Of a stretch of DNA of 64,000 nucleotides, positions 11,445 to 23,033 are shown piece after piece; position 1 is the first letter of the stretch, and each line of letters opens with the position of its first letter. Origin of the DNA: Podarcis filfolensis (taxonomy: Eukaryota); assembly GCA_964270895.1 (NCBI GenBank), contig OZ185442.1; one strand, given 5' to 3'. Below the pieces are notes generated by a model. The model had not been told where the DNA came from and ran no database searches. It worked only from the letters and a program-made list of their open reading frames with translations. The translations under genes were made by a program, and so were the position numbers.

Positions 11445-12319
11445 CTGCAGAGACAAGATGGAAGGAAGCGCTAGGCAGAAATTGCAGGCAGCCCAGTGGA
11501 CAGAAATGCTAGCCTTGCCTCCCCATTGACTTCTTTATGTTTTCTGAACTACAGCTCCCGTCCCCCCTGACCACTGGCCATGCTGGCCGGGCCTGACAGA
11601 CTGCCTGGAGGGCCACAGGTGCTCCAGCACTGTTATAAAGGGTGCATAAATGTCACTCACCCCCTCCCCACAACCAAATAGATTCATCTAAAGCAGGAAT
11701 GGGAGACTTGTGACCCTCCAGATGTTGCTGAAATACAACTTCAACCATCCACCAGCACTGGTCTTGAGGAAGATTCCTTCTTTGCTTCTTTTTTGGCAAG
11801 GGGTAGGGGAATTCCCCATCGGCAACAATAGGATCAGGAGGGAAGGAAAGAGTTAAATTCTCCCCATACCACCTGCTGCAGTCTGGAGAATTATCAGCCC
11901 CCAAATCAGATGCTACTTGCATTAAAAATAAAAATGCACGGTATATACAAAGCTGCTTGTCGTGTTCAGTTTGGCCCTGAGTGTCTACTATAAAATGACT
12001 CTCATGCTTCACATGGACATATGAAGGTGCATTTTACAGAGTCTGACCATTGGCCCATCTAGGCCGGACATCTAACTGGCAGTGGCTCTGAAGGATGTCA
12101 GGCAGAGATGTTTCAAGCCTGGCTATGCAAGATCCTTTTAACTGCAGATGCCAGATATTCAACATGGAATATTCTGTCAGCTATGCTGGTGTTTTACCTA
12201 AGCCTCCTTTGCTTAACAAGGAAGCTGACCTTATAAAAAACTTCCCTCCTCCTATCCTACTGCTTGGGGAAGTATAATACAATAGCAATAAATGGCACAT
12301 TTTAAAACTTGCAACATAC

Positions 12320-12454
12320 ATTTGATCCAGCAGGGGGCACCCAAGAAACATTGATGGGTTTGGTTTGTCCACGCTCAACGCTTCCTTTCACAGGATCGAC
12401 AGTGAATCCTTTTAGCTGAAGAAGTTGCATGTTTTCCCAGTTGAATTCTACATT
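12320..12454 (-). CDS. CFAP74: CFAP74 penultimate coding exon (135 nt, phase 0/0)
   Basis: ctgcag|AAT...AAT|gtatgt. Encodes NVEFNWENMQLLQLKGFTVDPVKGSVERGQTKPINVSWVPPAGSN. Confidence 0.94.
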
Positions 12455-13220
12455 CTGCAGAAACGAAAGGTTCACAACATGCTGTCAGACACTATGGCTG
12501 ATGAAACCTCATGGCACAAAACATGCCTGGGTGAATAAGCGAACATGTCCTAAGATCTGCTCCTCATTTGTAGAACTGATTCAAACTGGGATTCTTTTTT
12601 TAAAAAAAGGAAGGCAAGAGACCATCTCAATTTTTCCGAGTATCCCATAATAAGCTGAATCTATAGCACTGATTTGTGCTGGTGTTAAAAAAAAAAATGA
12701 ACACCAGCAATTTCTGCTCCCATTTCTGTTTGTGCATGAATTCTCTGGCATCCCTAGACACAAAGATGTGCAGAGCTGGACTCTACATGCTGGTTTGCCA
12801 GGGTTTGTAAGAGAACGATGGGGTCTCTGCCACTGCGCCTGACATCAAACCTGACCTATACCTCTATTTCCCTTTTCCTTCTTCACAATTCTCCTCAGGG
12901 AAACGGTGGTGGGAGTTTTCCCCAGGTGACACATCCCAGGGTATTGTCGCTCCCTTTCTCAATGTGCCTCTTTCACCTATGCTAGCAAAATGGTTCATGA
13001 GAGGGGAGGCCAAAAATTGCAGAGAGACTTGCAAGGATAGAAAACGACTGAGGGAGATGATTGGCTTTTTCCTACAACTTGAGTCCCATCCCTTCCAAAC
13101 AGTGTTAACACACTCCTTGGAATATGGCCCATGTTTCCCAGAAAACCACTGTGCTGGGTCCTCCAAGGGTGAGGATGTTGGGACCCACTGACATATGCCT
13201 GGTCCCTATGGCTCCTGCAC

Positions 13221-13348
13221 CTTCTTTGATGCAAACTGAGTGCTTCGTATCGCGCCAACTCTCAGCTCCCGAGTGGCTGGGATAACAAAAGTCTCTGACT
13301 GTACACATTCCAGGTTCAGAAGAATGGAGTTTGTAGATTTGCCGCTCT
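13221..13348 (-). CDS. CFAP74: CFAP74 coding exon (128 nt, phase 1/0)
   Basis: ctgcag|AG...AAG|gtgcag. Encodes SGKSTNSILLNLECVQSETFVIPATRELRVGAIRSTQFASKK. Confidence 0.93.
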
Positions 13349-13765
13349 CTGCAGGAGAAACAAATCCAGTTGTAATTGTTGGTGGGGCAAGAAGAAGTTG
13401 GTAAAAACACATACACATACACTCCTAAACAGTATTAATTGGGATTGTACAGGGACCATAACTACTGTCACTGGTAGGGATAGACAAATTTGCCAATTTC
13501 AGTTTGTTTGTTTGTTTGTTTGTTTGTTTCATAAAATTTATACACTGCTTGGTTTAATAAAAAAATTCTCAAAGCTGTTTACCAAAAAAGACAATGAAAT
13601 TATCAGTTAAAAACAACTAATTAAAAACATAAAAATCAGCAATAAACAAAAACAGATTAAAACATACATCAGCATTCTACATGGTGTGGTAAGTTAATCT
13701 AAACATGCTTCTAAAAATGAAACAGGGATTCATCCATCAATATGGATGGGTTTAAGGTGGGCTAC

Positions 13766-13901
13766 CTGCTTTGGTTGCTTCTTCAGCCATAGAAGTAGTT
13801 ACGGCCAGTGACTCAATGGGCACATCCAGCGGGTCACCTCCTTCCACATACATTATGTGGTTCCGTGCTGCCCCTTTCAGCTGGATCACACGGATGGTTT
13901 C
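13766..13901 (-). CDS. CFAP74: CFAP74 coding exon (136 nt, phase 0/1)
   Basis: tttttag|GAA...G|gtagcc. Encodes ETIRVIQLKGAARNHIMYVEGGDPLDVPIESLAVTTSMAEEATKA. Confidence 0.95.
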
Positions 13902-14759
13902 CTAAAAAGAAGATTATCGCAGCCTAATGTTTATTCCACTTTACTGCAACAGCCCTCAGTCGTTTCGGCAGCAATTCTCTTTGCAAACAGCTTTGAGGTT
14001 TTTTTTTTCTTTAAACAATTAAGTGGTCTGGAAATTAAGTGGTTGCTTTTGGGCAACCATTCAAAGCTCTCCACCAAAGTTCAGAAACTTTGTAGAAATC
14101 CAAATGAAGTTTGGGCTTTGCTGGGGGGTTTTAGTGGCTTTGCAAAGGGAAGAGTTGTTCTTGTTTCTTTTCCAGGGTATTTGAGAGTCCTTTGCCCTTT
14201 GGCCTAGTAAACACTAGATGGCACTCCTCATTCATCACCAATGTTCCTTCGTTCACTGGTTCATCTTAAAGTAGGGAAGACACTTTCACAACTCAGTCCT
14301 TGAGGCCAGTCACTTCTGTTTGGATTGTGCCACACGTAGTGTACCAAGAACCAAATTTACAAGAGCCTTAGGAACATAGGAAGCTGTTTTACACTGCATC
14401 AGACTCTCAACACCGATTGGAGGTTAGTCTCCAGGATTTCAAAAAGGAGTCCCCCTGCTGGGGGTTGAACCTGGAATCCTCTACATGCAAAACAGATGCC
14501 ACACCGCTCAGCCCTTTCTTTAAGATACAGGAACAAAGGAAGCTGCCTTATACAGCTAGACCGTATTGGGTCCACCTAGCTCAGTGATGTTGATACTGGC
14601 TGGCAGCAGCTCTCCAGGGTTCCAGACTGCAGACACTCCTAGCCCTGCCTGGAGATGCTGGGGATTCCAGGACACTAGCAGGACCTGAGCAGAACAGAAC
14701 TCTCCCCTCCTGCAGTTTCCAGCAACTGATGTTCAGAGCCCTACTTGAGCCAATCTCAC

Positions 14760-14914
14760 CTTGCCAAAGATTAAAATGTGGATGCAATCGGAATAATACA
14801 GGCTCTCATGATCAGGGCTGAAGGTGATGGTGAACTCTTGACACTTCTTGAAAGTGATGGTGCCTTCCACGGGAGAGACGCTGAACACACTCAAGCCATT
14901 GTAATTTTGTGTAC
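14760..14914 (-). CDS. CFAP74: CFAP74 coding exon (155 nt, phase 1/0)
   Basis: tcccag|GT...AAG|gtgaga. Encodes TQNYNGLSVFSVSPVEGTITFKKCQEFTITFSPDHESLYYSDCIHILIFGK. Confidence 0.96.
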
Positions 14915-16040
14915 CTGGGAAAGGATGGAAACACAAACTGGTAGGAGAAAAGCAGCTGGAGAGCCCCATCTCCTTGGCCAATATTTTCAGCACTCTGTTC
15001 TACAGGAGAGGTAAAAAACCCAGCAGCAAAGCTGGAAAAATCTGGATGATTAAAAGTATTAAGCTGGAGCCTGCTGTCAAGCCTGTAAAAAGGTATAAGA
15101 GAGAAACACACAACACACATACACACGGCTTAGGGAACTAAAGTACCACAGATTAGAACAATTCAAAGCAAATATTGAACACAAGGCTTGTCACCTGGCC
15201 AAGGAAGCCCTATCTGTTTTTAGTTTATTAAGTAAAGCTGCATAACTATGCATGTGAGAAAAGATTACTTAAGATTTCAGCAGTCACAGCAGTCTTCATC
15301 TTACAGGAGAGATCCTCATTCTTTCCTATTCAGGTAGGAATACCTCTGAAGATGGTGCTTGCAAATAGTTGTATTAAAAGTAACCATCTAAAAATCTGCT
15401 GCTTAGTTGATCAGTTGCCTTAGTTGAACACCGTCGCCTACATTTTGTTAACTCCAACTCCATAGGCTTTCCCCTCTCCTTCATCTGCCATCCAGCAGCA
15501 GCTATTCCATTCGTCTGCTGCAGAGAAGAGAAGCAGGGCCAGCCCTTTTCCCTTTCACGCTGCACCTTCCAGATTGTAAATTTGAGGGCAGGAACTGCTA
15601 CAAACTGCTACAGTTTGGCTTTTGCTAAAACGTATGCTATACATCTCACTATCTGCTCTGACCAAAATGAAAACAGTTATTTCTTAAATTAATTTCAGTG
15701 GAAAAGGAATGTCAAAAATGATGCAGAAAATAATGTAATTATTTATGTTATGTTCATGGACTAAAAAAAGGATGGCGGGTGATTGTGTGATTTCTGTTCC
15801 TGACCTCGGACGAATGTGCGGATTGCAGCAATTTCCACTCCTGGTTCCAAAAGAATTCTCCAACATCCCTACTTACACCGTGTGGCTGGAATTATAAACA
15901 GCAACTGTGCCTACTCTTAGAATTACTTTCATAGAATATATACAGATCCTGATCAACACAGGATTGCTTTGAGTAAGTCCACAATTATCTCCATCACTTC
16001 CATTAATGAATATTCAAAAGCATTATGAGCAATTATTTAC

Positions 16041-16167
16041 CAACTACGTCTGCTTTCCCTGGAGATGCGAGGAAAGGGGGAATCTTTGGCTGTTCTCTCT
16101 CTCTGCTTGGTGAGAGCGAGTCAAGAAGAATATTGTATTTCAGGGTCAGATTCGAAGTGTTCTCTAT
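16041..16167 (-). CDS. CFAP74: CFAP74 coding exon (127 nt, phase 0/1)
   Basis: ttgcag|ATA...G|gtaaat. Encodes IENTSNLTLKYNILLDSLSPSREREQPKIPPFLASPGKADVV. Confidence 0.93.
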
Positions 16168-16813
16168 CTGCAAGAGACCAATCAACCAACGGCAGAATCA
16201 AAAGCTGTGTTCCTGCAAACTGACTTCAACCTTTTTCTGTGGTTGTCTTTCTGCTATATCCATGCATGGGCACATTTATATTAACAAGGAATCTTGATTA
16301 ATAATAATAGCAATCAGCTGCAGCTGCCTTAATGTTTGTATACCACCTTCAAGTATTCTATATGCTTTGCATGTGTGATCTAGTTGTAATCCTTACTCTG
16401 TACAGAAGTGATGGAGAACCTGTGACTTTGAGTGTTGCTAGACTCCAGCTCCCATCAGCCCCAGGCAGCTTGGGCCAAGGATGATGGGAGCTGCAGTCCA
16501 GCAACAGCTGGAGGCCCACTAGTTCCCCATCCTTCCTGTGAGGTAAGTAAGTATTATTATCCCACATGCTGCAGATGAGGGGACAGAGGCTGTGGTTTGC
16601 CTAAGGCCAGCTAGTGAGTTGTGAAGCAGAGGTGGGATTCAAACTGTGAGTTTCTTGATTCATAGCCCAGTGACTTAGCCACTAATTTAAGGCGTTGTTT
16701 GTTTTGTCCCTGTAAAAAACCATCATATAAATACACTCGTTCTGGTCATTACTTTGGATTTGGAGCATACTTTCTCCTGGCTTTTTACAGTATTGAAAAG
16801 GCAGCTGTTTATT

Positions 16814-16913
16814 CCAAGCTTCCTCAATCTCGGCCCTCCAGATGTTTTTGGCCTACAACTCCCATGATCCCTAGCTAGCAGGACCAGTGGTCAGGGATGA
16901 TGGGAATTGTAGT
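16814..16913. mobile_element. Truncated copy of the same hAT MITE family as 11111-11246
   Basis: Nearly identical to the reverse complement of 11111-11246; one TIR is lost. Confidence 0.85.
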
Positions 16914-17108
16914 CAGATGTTCGGGTTCCAAAGAATGTTCGCAAACCGGAACACTCACTTCTGGGTTTGCCGTGTTTGGGATCCAAGGTAAAACTGTACT
17001 GCTTTTATTCACATGCGTAATTTCTGTTCCTGACCTCAGACGGACCATCTCTTTCCATTTTTGATGGAATCCTTCAACATCCCTATTCACAGTGCAGTTG
17101 TGATTTAC

Positions 17109-17264
17109 CTTGAAAGTGGCAGTGGCTGTTTCCTTAGCAAGAACATATCCCATGTTGAATACGTCTCCTTCCACTGAGCAAGAAATTGAAGGGATGACAC
17201 CCTGGCCTGTCAGGGTAAGGGTTAGAGTGAATTTCCCACTACGGATCTCCAGCATTTCAAAGTA
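17109..17264 (-). CDS. CFAP74: CFAP74 coding exon (156 nt, phase 0/0)
   Basis: cacag|TAC...AAG|gtaaat. Encodes YFEMLEIRSGKFTLTLTLTGQGVIPSISCSVEGDVFNMGYVLAKETATATFK. Confidence 0.95.
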
Positions 17265-18536
17265 CTGTGGGATAAAACATTATTGGTCAGTAAGGATAGC
17301 ATTATTTCAGGTGGCATGAGCCACCTAAGGGGCTCAATAAAAGCTGAGTGTCAGTGTCACCTTCCTGATATTTAGGGGCGACTGATAGTAAAGTGTCCAT
17401 TAGGGATGGCTAGACCCATTTGTCTCAAAGGAGAAGGGACTAAGTCCCACTGGGAGCATTGATAACATTCCATCATTCTCAGGGCAAATTGTACAGAAGA
17501 AAACCACTAGGGGCAGCCATGTTTCTTTTCTGTACACTTGGACTAATGAGCAAATGGGGGCATTGACCCACCAACCTCAATCTCCTCTCAGCTAGCCACC
17601 ACTTGCCTGCCTTCTTACAACCAGTCAGGATGTGGCTCTGCCTGTTATTGTCTCTGGCTCCACCTGGCTTTCATTTGAATGTGTGATATACTTAAAAGTA
17701 CATACACATTTCTATTTATATATGCATATTCATTCTTTCTTTTAATATGTCTGTCTGTTTGTACTTATAGTTAATTGAACGAGATTTTTTTTTGTATTAC
17801 TGTCATCAGAGAGGTGGAAGATGTGCCTGTGAGATTTCATCCCTCAGGTGCCAAAATAACCTAGCTGGCCTTGTAGCCTGACTTTGAGGGGAACCGTGTC
17901 TGCTGGCTGCACTGCCTCAGGCGGCAAAATGTTTTGGCCCTTCCCTGTGCACTTAACATGTCTGCCCAGCATTAACAAGCCAGGCATACATGATCCGAGC
18001 GCAGACTCTGCTGGCATGCTAACACAGCATGTATTGTGGGACAGCGCATGTGACAGGTATATTTAAGCATGGTGGGGGCATGCAGAACTCATGCACGATT
18101 AACCACCTGTCATGAAGTCTGCATCACATATAAACTGGGCCTTAAGATAAAATGGAGAGTATGCCAGGGCTGCAGAACCTTTTTCAGCCAGAGGGCCACA
18201 TTTCCTTGTGGAAAACTTTCCAGGGGCCACATTCCAGTGGTGGGCAAAGTCGGAGGTAAAAAAAGGGGGGGAGCAATGGATGTGCCTCTTACCTTTGTAC
18301 ATAGGCAACATTTCAACCACTGAAAAGTCACATCCTCAAAGAATTTCAGCAGGCCCAGGGAATGGTGTGAAACGGGTTGTGGCCCATGGAGAGTTCTGAG
18401 GGTCAAATAATGAAGCCTGGAGGACCGCAGTTGATTCCTGGGCTTGAGGTTCTCCACCCTTGCAGTACGATCCCCTTGGAGGAAAGGTGGGACACCAATG
18501 AAATAAACTAAACCAAATCCTTGTTTAGAGACTCAC

Positions 18537-18656
18537 CGGTGTGTTCTCCTCTGGGCAGAATGAGATGAGAAGATTGCGGGATTCACCTTCCTCCAGTGTC
18601 CAGAAAGGATTTAGCACCGTGAAGGATCCAAAGGGATTCAAGAAGGAATATCCCAG
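18537..18656 (-). CDS. CFAP74: CFAP74 coding exon (120 nt, phase 0/0)
   Basis: ttttcag|CTG...CCG|gtgagt. Encodes LGYSFLNPFGSFTVLNPFWTLEEGESRNLLISFCPEENTP. Confidence 0.93.
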
Positions 18657-18806
18657 CTGAAAATGACAGCTCAAGGAAACACAAGTTTAGTGGTAACCAA
18701 AGCAACCACCCCCAAAAAAGAAAAGAAATGGAGACAGCCATGGCAATCTGTTACCTAGGGACTATTACAAGAATTAGCAAGCATGAGGACTTCCCTTCAG
18801 ATATTA

Positions 18807-18937
18807 CCATATTTTTCGCTCTATAAGATGCACTTTTCCCCCTCCAAAAATTAAGGGGAAATGTGTGTGCATCTTATGGAGTGAGTGCAGGCTCCATGGC
18901 TTCAGCGAAAGCAACGCGAAGCCTCCAGAGCGCAGCA
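18807..18937. mobile_element. TcMar-Tigger-like MITE, left part
   Basis: TA|CCATATTTTTCGCTCTATAAGATGCAC terminus, shared with 36270-36529 and 57658-58197. Confidence 0.7.
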
Positions 18938-19124
18938 TATATGACATGGGGCTGGCTGCCCCTCCACCAGGTCACTCCCTAACACCTCAGATTGCATGCC
19001 AAGAACAATATCAGATGGTGGACAGCTGATATGCAGGTTGTAGCAAAGTGCCTCATCTATTTCATTTATTTGCAGATTTATAAAAACGCTTCGCAACAGA
19101 AAGTTAACAAACAGTAAAAATATA

Positions 19125-19276
19125 CCATACTTTTCCGTGTATAAGACTAGGGTTTTTTTTAACTAAAAAGTAATGTTAAAAGGGAGGGTAGTCTTATACA
19201 TGGGGACAATCTCCCCCCATTTTCTTAATTTTGGGTCCCCAAAATTAGGGGGCGTGTTATACACGGAAAAATATGG
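19125..19276. mobile_element. TcMar-Tigger-like MITE (152 bp)
   Basis: TA-flanked TIRs CCATACTTTTCCGTGTATAA / TTATACACGGAAAAATATGG. Confidence 0.82.
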
Positions 19277-20068
19277 TACAGGATATATAAAATATCATCT
19301 TACTTTATGTTCCCTACCTCAAGCAGGCTTACCCACTATTGCTGCTGGCAGTGACAAGCAAGAATGTGATCTGTAGCTGATGACTCCGAGATCCCTGGCA
19401 TTTTAATTTACCCACAATATCCCAACACAAAGGCCTTGTAGTGGGCACAGGATCCCACCTGCTCAGCTTCCAACCCCTTCCATTGCTGAGTGCAGAAGGT
19501 CTTAAGGGGCCTCCTATATCCAGATGACAGGGAACACTGCCTTTTCAGGGTTCCAGATTGTGTGTTGGTTTCAAACAAATAGATAATATAGCCCCTTTCA
19601 ATCCTTGCCCACTCAGCACAGGAAATTCAGTAACTGAGATGTGCTCTTATAAGATGTACCTACTATTCCATTTTCTTTTTTGTATAAGCTCCACTACAGA
19701 TACAAACTGTTCCTGCTCCCCAGGAAACCTCTGGGAACAGTAGTTCTCCAAAGCGGTGGAGGAAACCTCTAGTGATTCTCAACTCTCTCACAACCATAAT
19801 TTTCAGGATCCTCTGGTTGCAATCATGCCAATTCAATGGGTACCCAACTTAAATTAGTAGCACAGGTATCTCCATAATATAATATTCTAACCTGTGACTT
19901 TGAAAATGGAAGTATATGTGGGTATCCTATTGTTTTTATTTTGGAATATTTATTTTGGAATATTTCATTCATATTTGGAATATTTCATGGTGAGTCCAGT
20001 TGATGTCTTCTACTGAGTAGCCACAGATTTTGGGGAACAGAGAGGGGATGATTCAACTCAAAGGATAC

Positions 20069-20124
20069 AACCAGTTGTTCTTGAGAGATGTTATGTAGCT
20101 TCACTTCTTTCTTAACTGTGTGCC
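20069..20124 (-). CDS. CFAP74: CFAP74 coding exon (56 nt, phase 1/0), followed by a U12-type donor
   Basis: actag|GG...GTT|gtatccttt. Encodes HTVKKEVKLHNISQEQLV (human HRSIKKISIQNVSPEDLA). Confidence 0.9.
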
Positions 20125-21705
20125 CTAGTAAGCAAGAGAATCTCACATTTACAAAGGTGAGCCACCCAGAAAGCAACTTTATTGGACAGCCATACAAATA
20201 AAAACAATAAACAAACAAACCAGGAAATCAAGCCAGCAGAAGTCTATTTTAAAAATCCACCCGGAAGCCATTCTCATATTACTCCAGAAAACAAAACACC
20301 CCCCCAAATAAAATTTAAAAATCAAAAAAGAATTCTTAAGATGCTTTCAGATGTTTCAGTAGGGAAGACAGAGGTCCAGCTGTTCCATGTGTAGAACTGG
20401 GACACTTTTTACAAGTGCCACACAATGTTTATTTGGTACTTGCAAGGAACTGATCCTTTACTGTGGCAGCACCTACATTTTGGAACTCCCTGTCCATTGA
20501 TGTTTGTCAGGGGCCTTGACTGTTTACTGGTAGTTTTCAGCACCTGGTAAAACTTTTTTTGTTTAGGCAAGCCTACCAACACATGCAATTTTTAGCATGT
20601 AATGTTCATGACATTTGTTGCAAAACTGCTTTTATTTTAATTTTGATCAATGTTTATGTCAGCTGAGTTTTTTAACATATGACTTTATTGGCACCTAAAA
20701 AAAAGTTTATTAATTTTCAATATAAGAACAAACATACAATCGGTTACAGTTTCCCCCTGCTCCCTCCCCATAACAACCCCAACTACGTATTAGCATTTTA
20801 AATTATTATTATTATTTGCATTTTTTTCTGGGAAAGTCTTAGAGGCTTTTGGTGATTAGGCAATGGTATAAGCCTTGTTAAATAAATACAGTGTGGCTGC
20901 CAATGCCCTTTTAGGGACAATATATGGTTCGAGCCATGTCAAGAATCAGACAGCGTGTGTTCTAAAGTTATCTAGTGAGTTCACAGTAAAGGCAAAGACT
21001 CAAACAAGGGAGTCCCTCCTGATTCAGCACTACAGCCTCATCTGTGCTACACATTTATATCACTATCATGTCACTTTAAACATTCCTAACTCTCTACAAG
21101 GCTCAAGACAGATCTGGCTAATGGGTGGATTTTATGTTTTAAAAAGTGGAGGAGCAGCTTGTGTAGCGATTAAACCAACTCAGCTCTTTACTGAGCATTT
21201 GGTCTGGTTTGTTTAAGGAGCAGTTATATGAAAATGACCGCTCGTCTGATATTCATCCTGATTTGCTTTGCGGGGTACTTACACATCAGCCCACTAATCA
21301 TTTGTTCACTCCACAATTCTCAATGCATTTCCCTGTCACTTTCCAAACCACTTTTGTTTTTTTAAAGTGGAATTGTCGTGCCAGGTCCTTTAATTCACTT
21401 TAACTGCACAAACCTACAGTTCCAGTTAAGTGTTCCAATCCCTCCTGCAAAATGTTTACAGCCTGGAGATCACCCCATGTGTTTCCCAGGGGTCATCTAG
21501 TCCAACCCCCTGCAATGCGGAAATCAGAGCTAAAGATTCCTTGATAGATGCCCATGCAACCTCCCTTTAAAAACCTCCAGTGAAAGAGTTCAGCATCTTC
21601 CAAGGTCTGCTGCACCCTTCTACACTCCATCTTCAGACTCATGACATATTTTTGCTGCTTTAACACCATTCTAGCAATAGGGTGTGAGGAGGCTTGGTTC
21701 CATAC

Positions 21706-21815
21706 CTACGGCAACATCCCCAAAGTTGAAGACTGTTCTCCCATTATTCGAAATCACCATAAGAGCAGGTGCTACGGAAGGACAATGCAGCTCTAGGTAC
21801 AAGGTAAAATAAGGG
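21706..21815 (-). CDS. CFAP74: CFAP74 coding exon (110 nt, phase 2/1)
   Basis: ttgtag|C...G|gtatgg. Encodes PYFTLYLELHCPSVAPALMVISNNGRTVFNFGDVAV. Confidence 0.95.
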
Positions 21816-22799
21816 CTACAAACACACACACACAAAAAAAAAAAAAAGATGATTGCTCTCAGAATATATAAGGTATCTGGTTGTTTCAATATATGGACTG
21901 CAAGCCACCCTAGTGTTTTATTCAAGGTCTCAAGTACAGTATGTGCAAACATGGCTTGAAAATGGGAGGCATTGGAAATACAGTTTTCTTGAATTTCAAG
22001 GCTTGTGCACCAATATCTGATATATGGGTTGGGCTAAAAATGGTATTTCCCTAATATGGATTTTTAATCAGCAGTAGAATTAAGAGTCTAGAAGGTATGA
22101 AAGAAGAACATTTTCCTTTGGGCTAATGGTAGTATAGAGTAAAGGGAGGGGATTTTTGCTGGGACAATAGTGGGAGGGGAGAAAGGGCAAAACCTCTCCT
22201 CCTCCCCCATGGCTAAGTAAGGTCCATTAATTTCAATGGATCTACTCTGACTGGTTCTTAATTATGGATTGAGAATCATGACTACTTTGGTCCTCAGTTA
22301 ATCCTGACAACAACAAAAACATGGTGCCCAAATTTAGGTGCTTTCCTATTTTATTTCTCTTTCTGCATTGTATTTATTAGCCTGTGGCCAGGGACTGAGA
22401 TTCCTTTCTTAATCTTTGTATGGTGCTGAGGAAACTAGGAACTTTATAAATAAATTAATGAACAACCACACCCATTGAAAAGTAGGAGAGACATTATGCT
22501 GCACAAGGGGGCAGAGGATGAGAAAGAATGGTTGGCCTAAGGGTGGATTGGGGAACTTTTGACCCTCCAGAGGCTGCTGGACCACAACTCTCACCATCCC
22601 TGAGCACTGGCTGTGTTGGCTGGGACTGATGGGAATTGGAGTGCAATAACCTCTGGAGGGCCAAAGCTTCTCCAGCCCTGGCCCAAAGCCATGAAGTTAG
22701 TTCATGAGAGAAGCAAGATTTGAACTAGAACTGCCTGGGTTTCCTTTTAGTCATTTCCCCACTGTGCTACACTAACCAATTTATTATTTATTACTGTCT

Positions 22800-23033
22800 T
22801 ATTAATCATTATTATTACATTTATATCTCGCCTGTTCTCCAAGGAACAAAGGGTGATGGACACGGATCAGCCTCACCCCATTCTATCCTCACAAAAACGC
22901 TGTGAATTAGGCGAGGCTGAGAGACTGTGACTGGCCCAAGGTCACACCCAGAAAGCTTCATGGTCGAGTGGGGATTTGATCTCTGGCCTCTTGGGTCCCA
23001 GTCCAGCACTCTAATAACTACACCACAGCAGCA
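22800..23033 (-). mobile_element. MIR-like SINE
   Basis: gaggctgagagactgtgactggcccaaggtcacacccagaaagcttcatgg core, plus a tRNA-like head on the minus strand. Confidence 0.6.

Larger units (their letters stand above)
18657..20068 (-). other. U12-type (minor spliceosome) GT-AG intron of CFAP74
   Basis: 5' splice site GTATCCTTT (20068-20060); branch-site-like TTTCCTTGAG (18679-18670) with the A at -15 from the AG. Confidence 0.85.

Noticed and set aside
14979-15083. Open minus-strand segment RLDSRLQLNTF...ENIG after a good acceptor, containing LDS as in human CFAP74
   Set aside because: Wrong entry phase, no GT donor and only ~64 nt to the next acceptor. The true orthologous exon is 16041-16167.
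18735-18762. Two X-box-like half sites in the U12 intron
   Set aside because: Each matches only one half of the RFX consensus, which is expected by chance.
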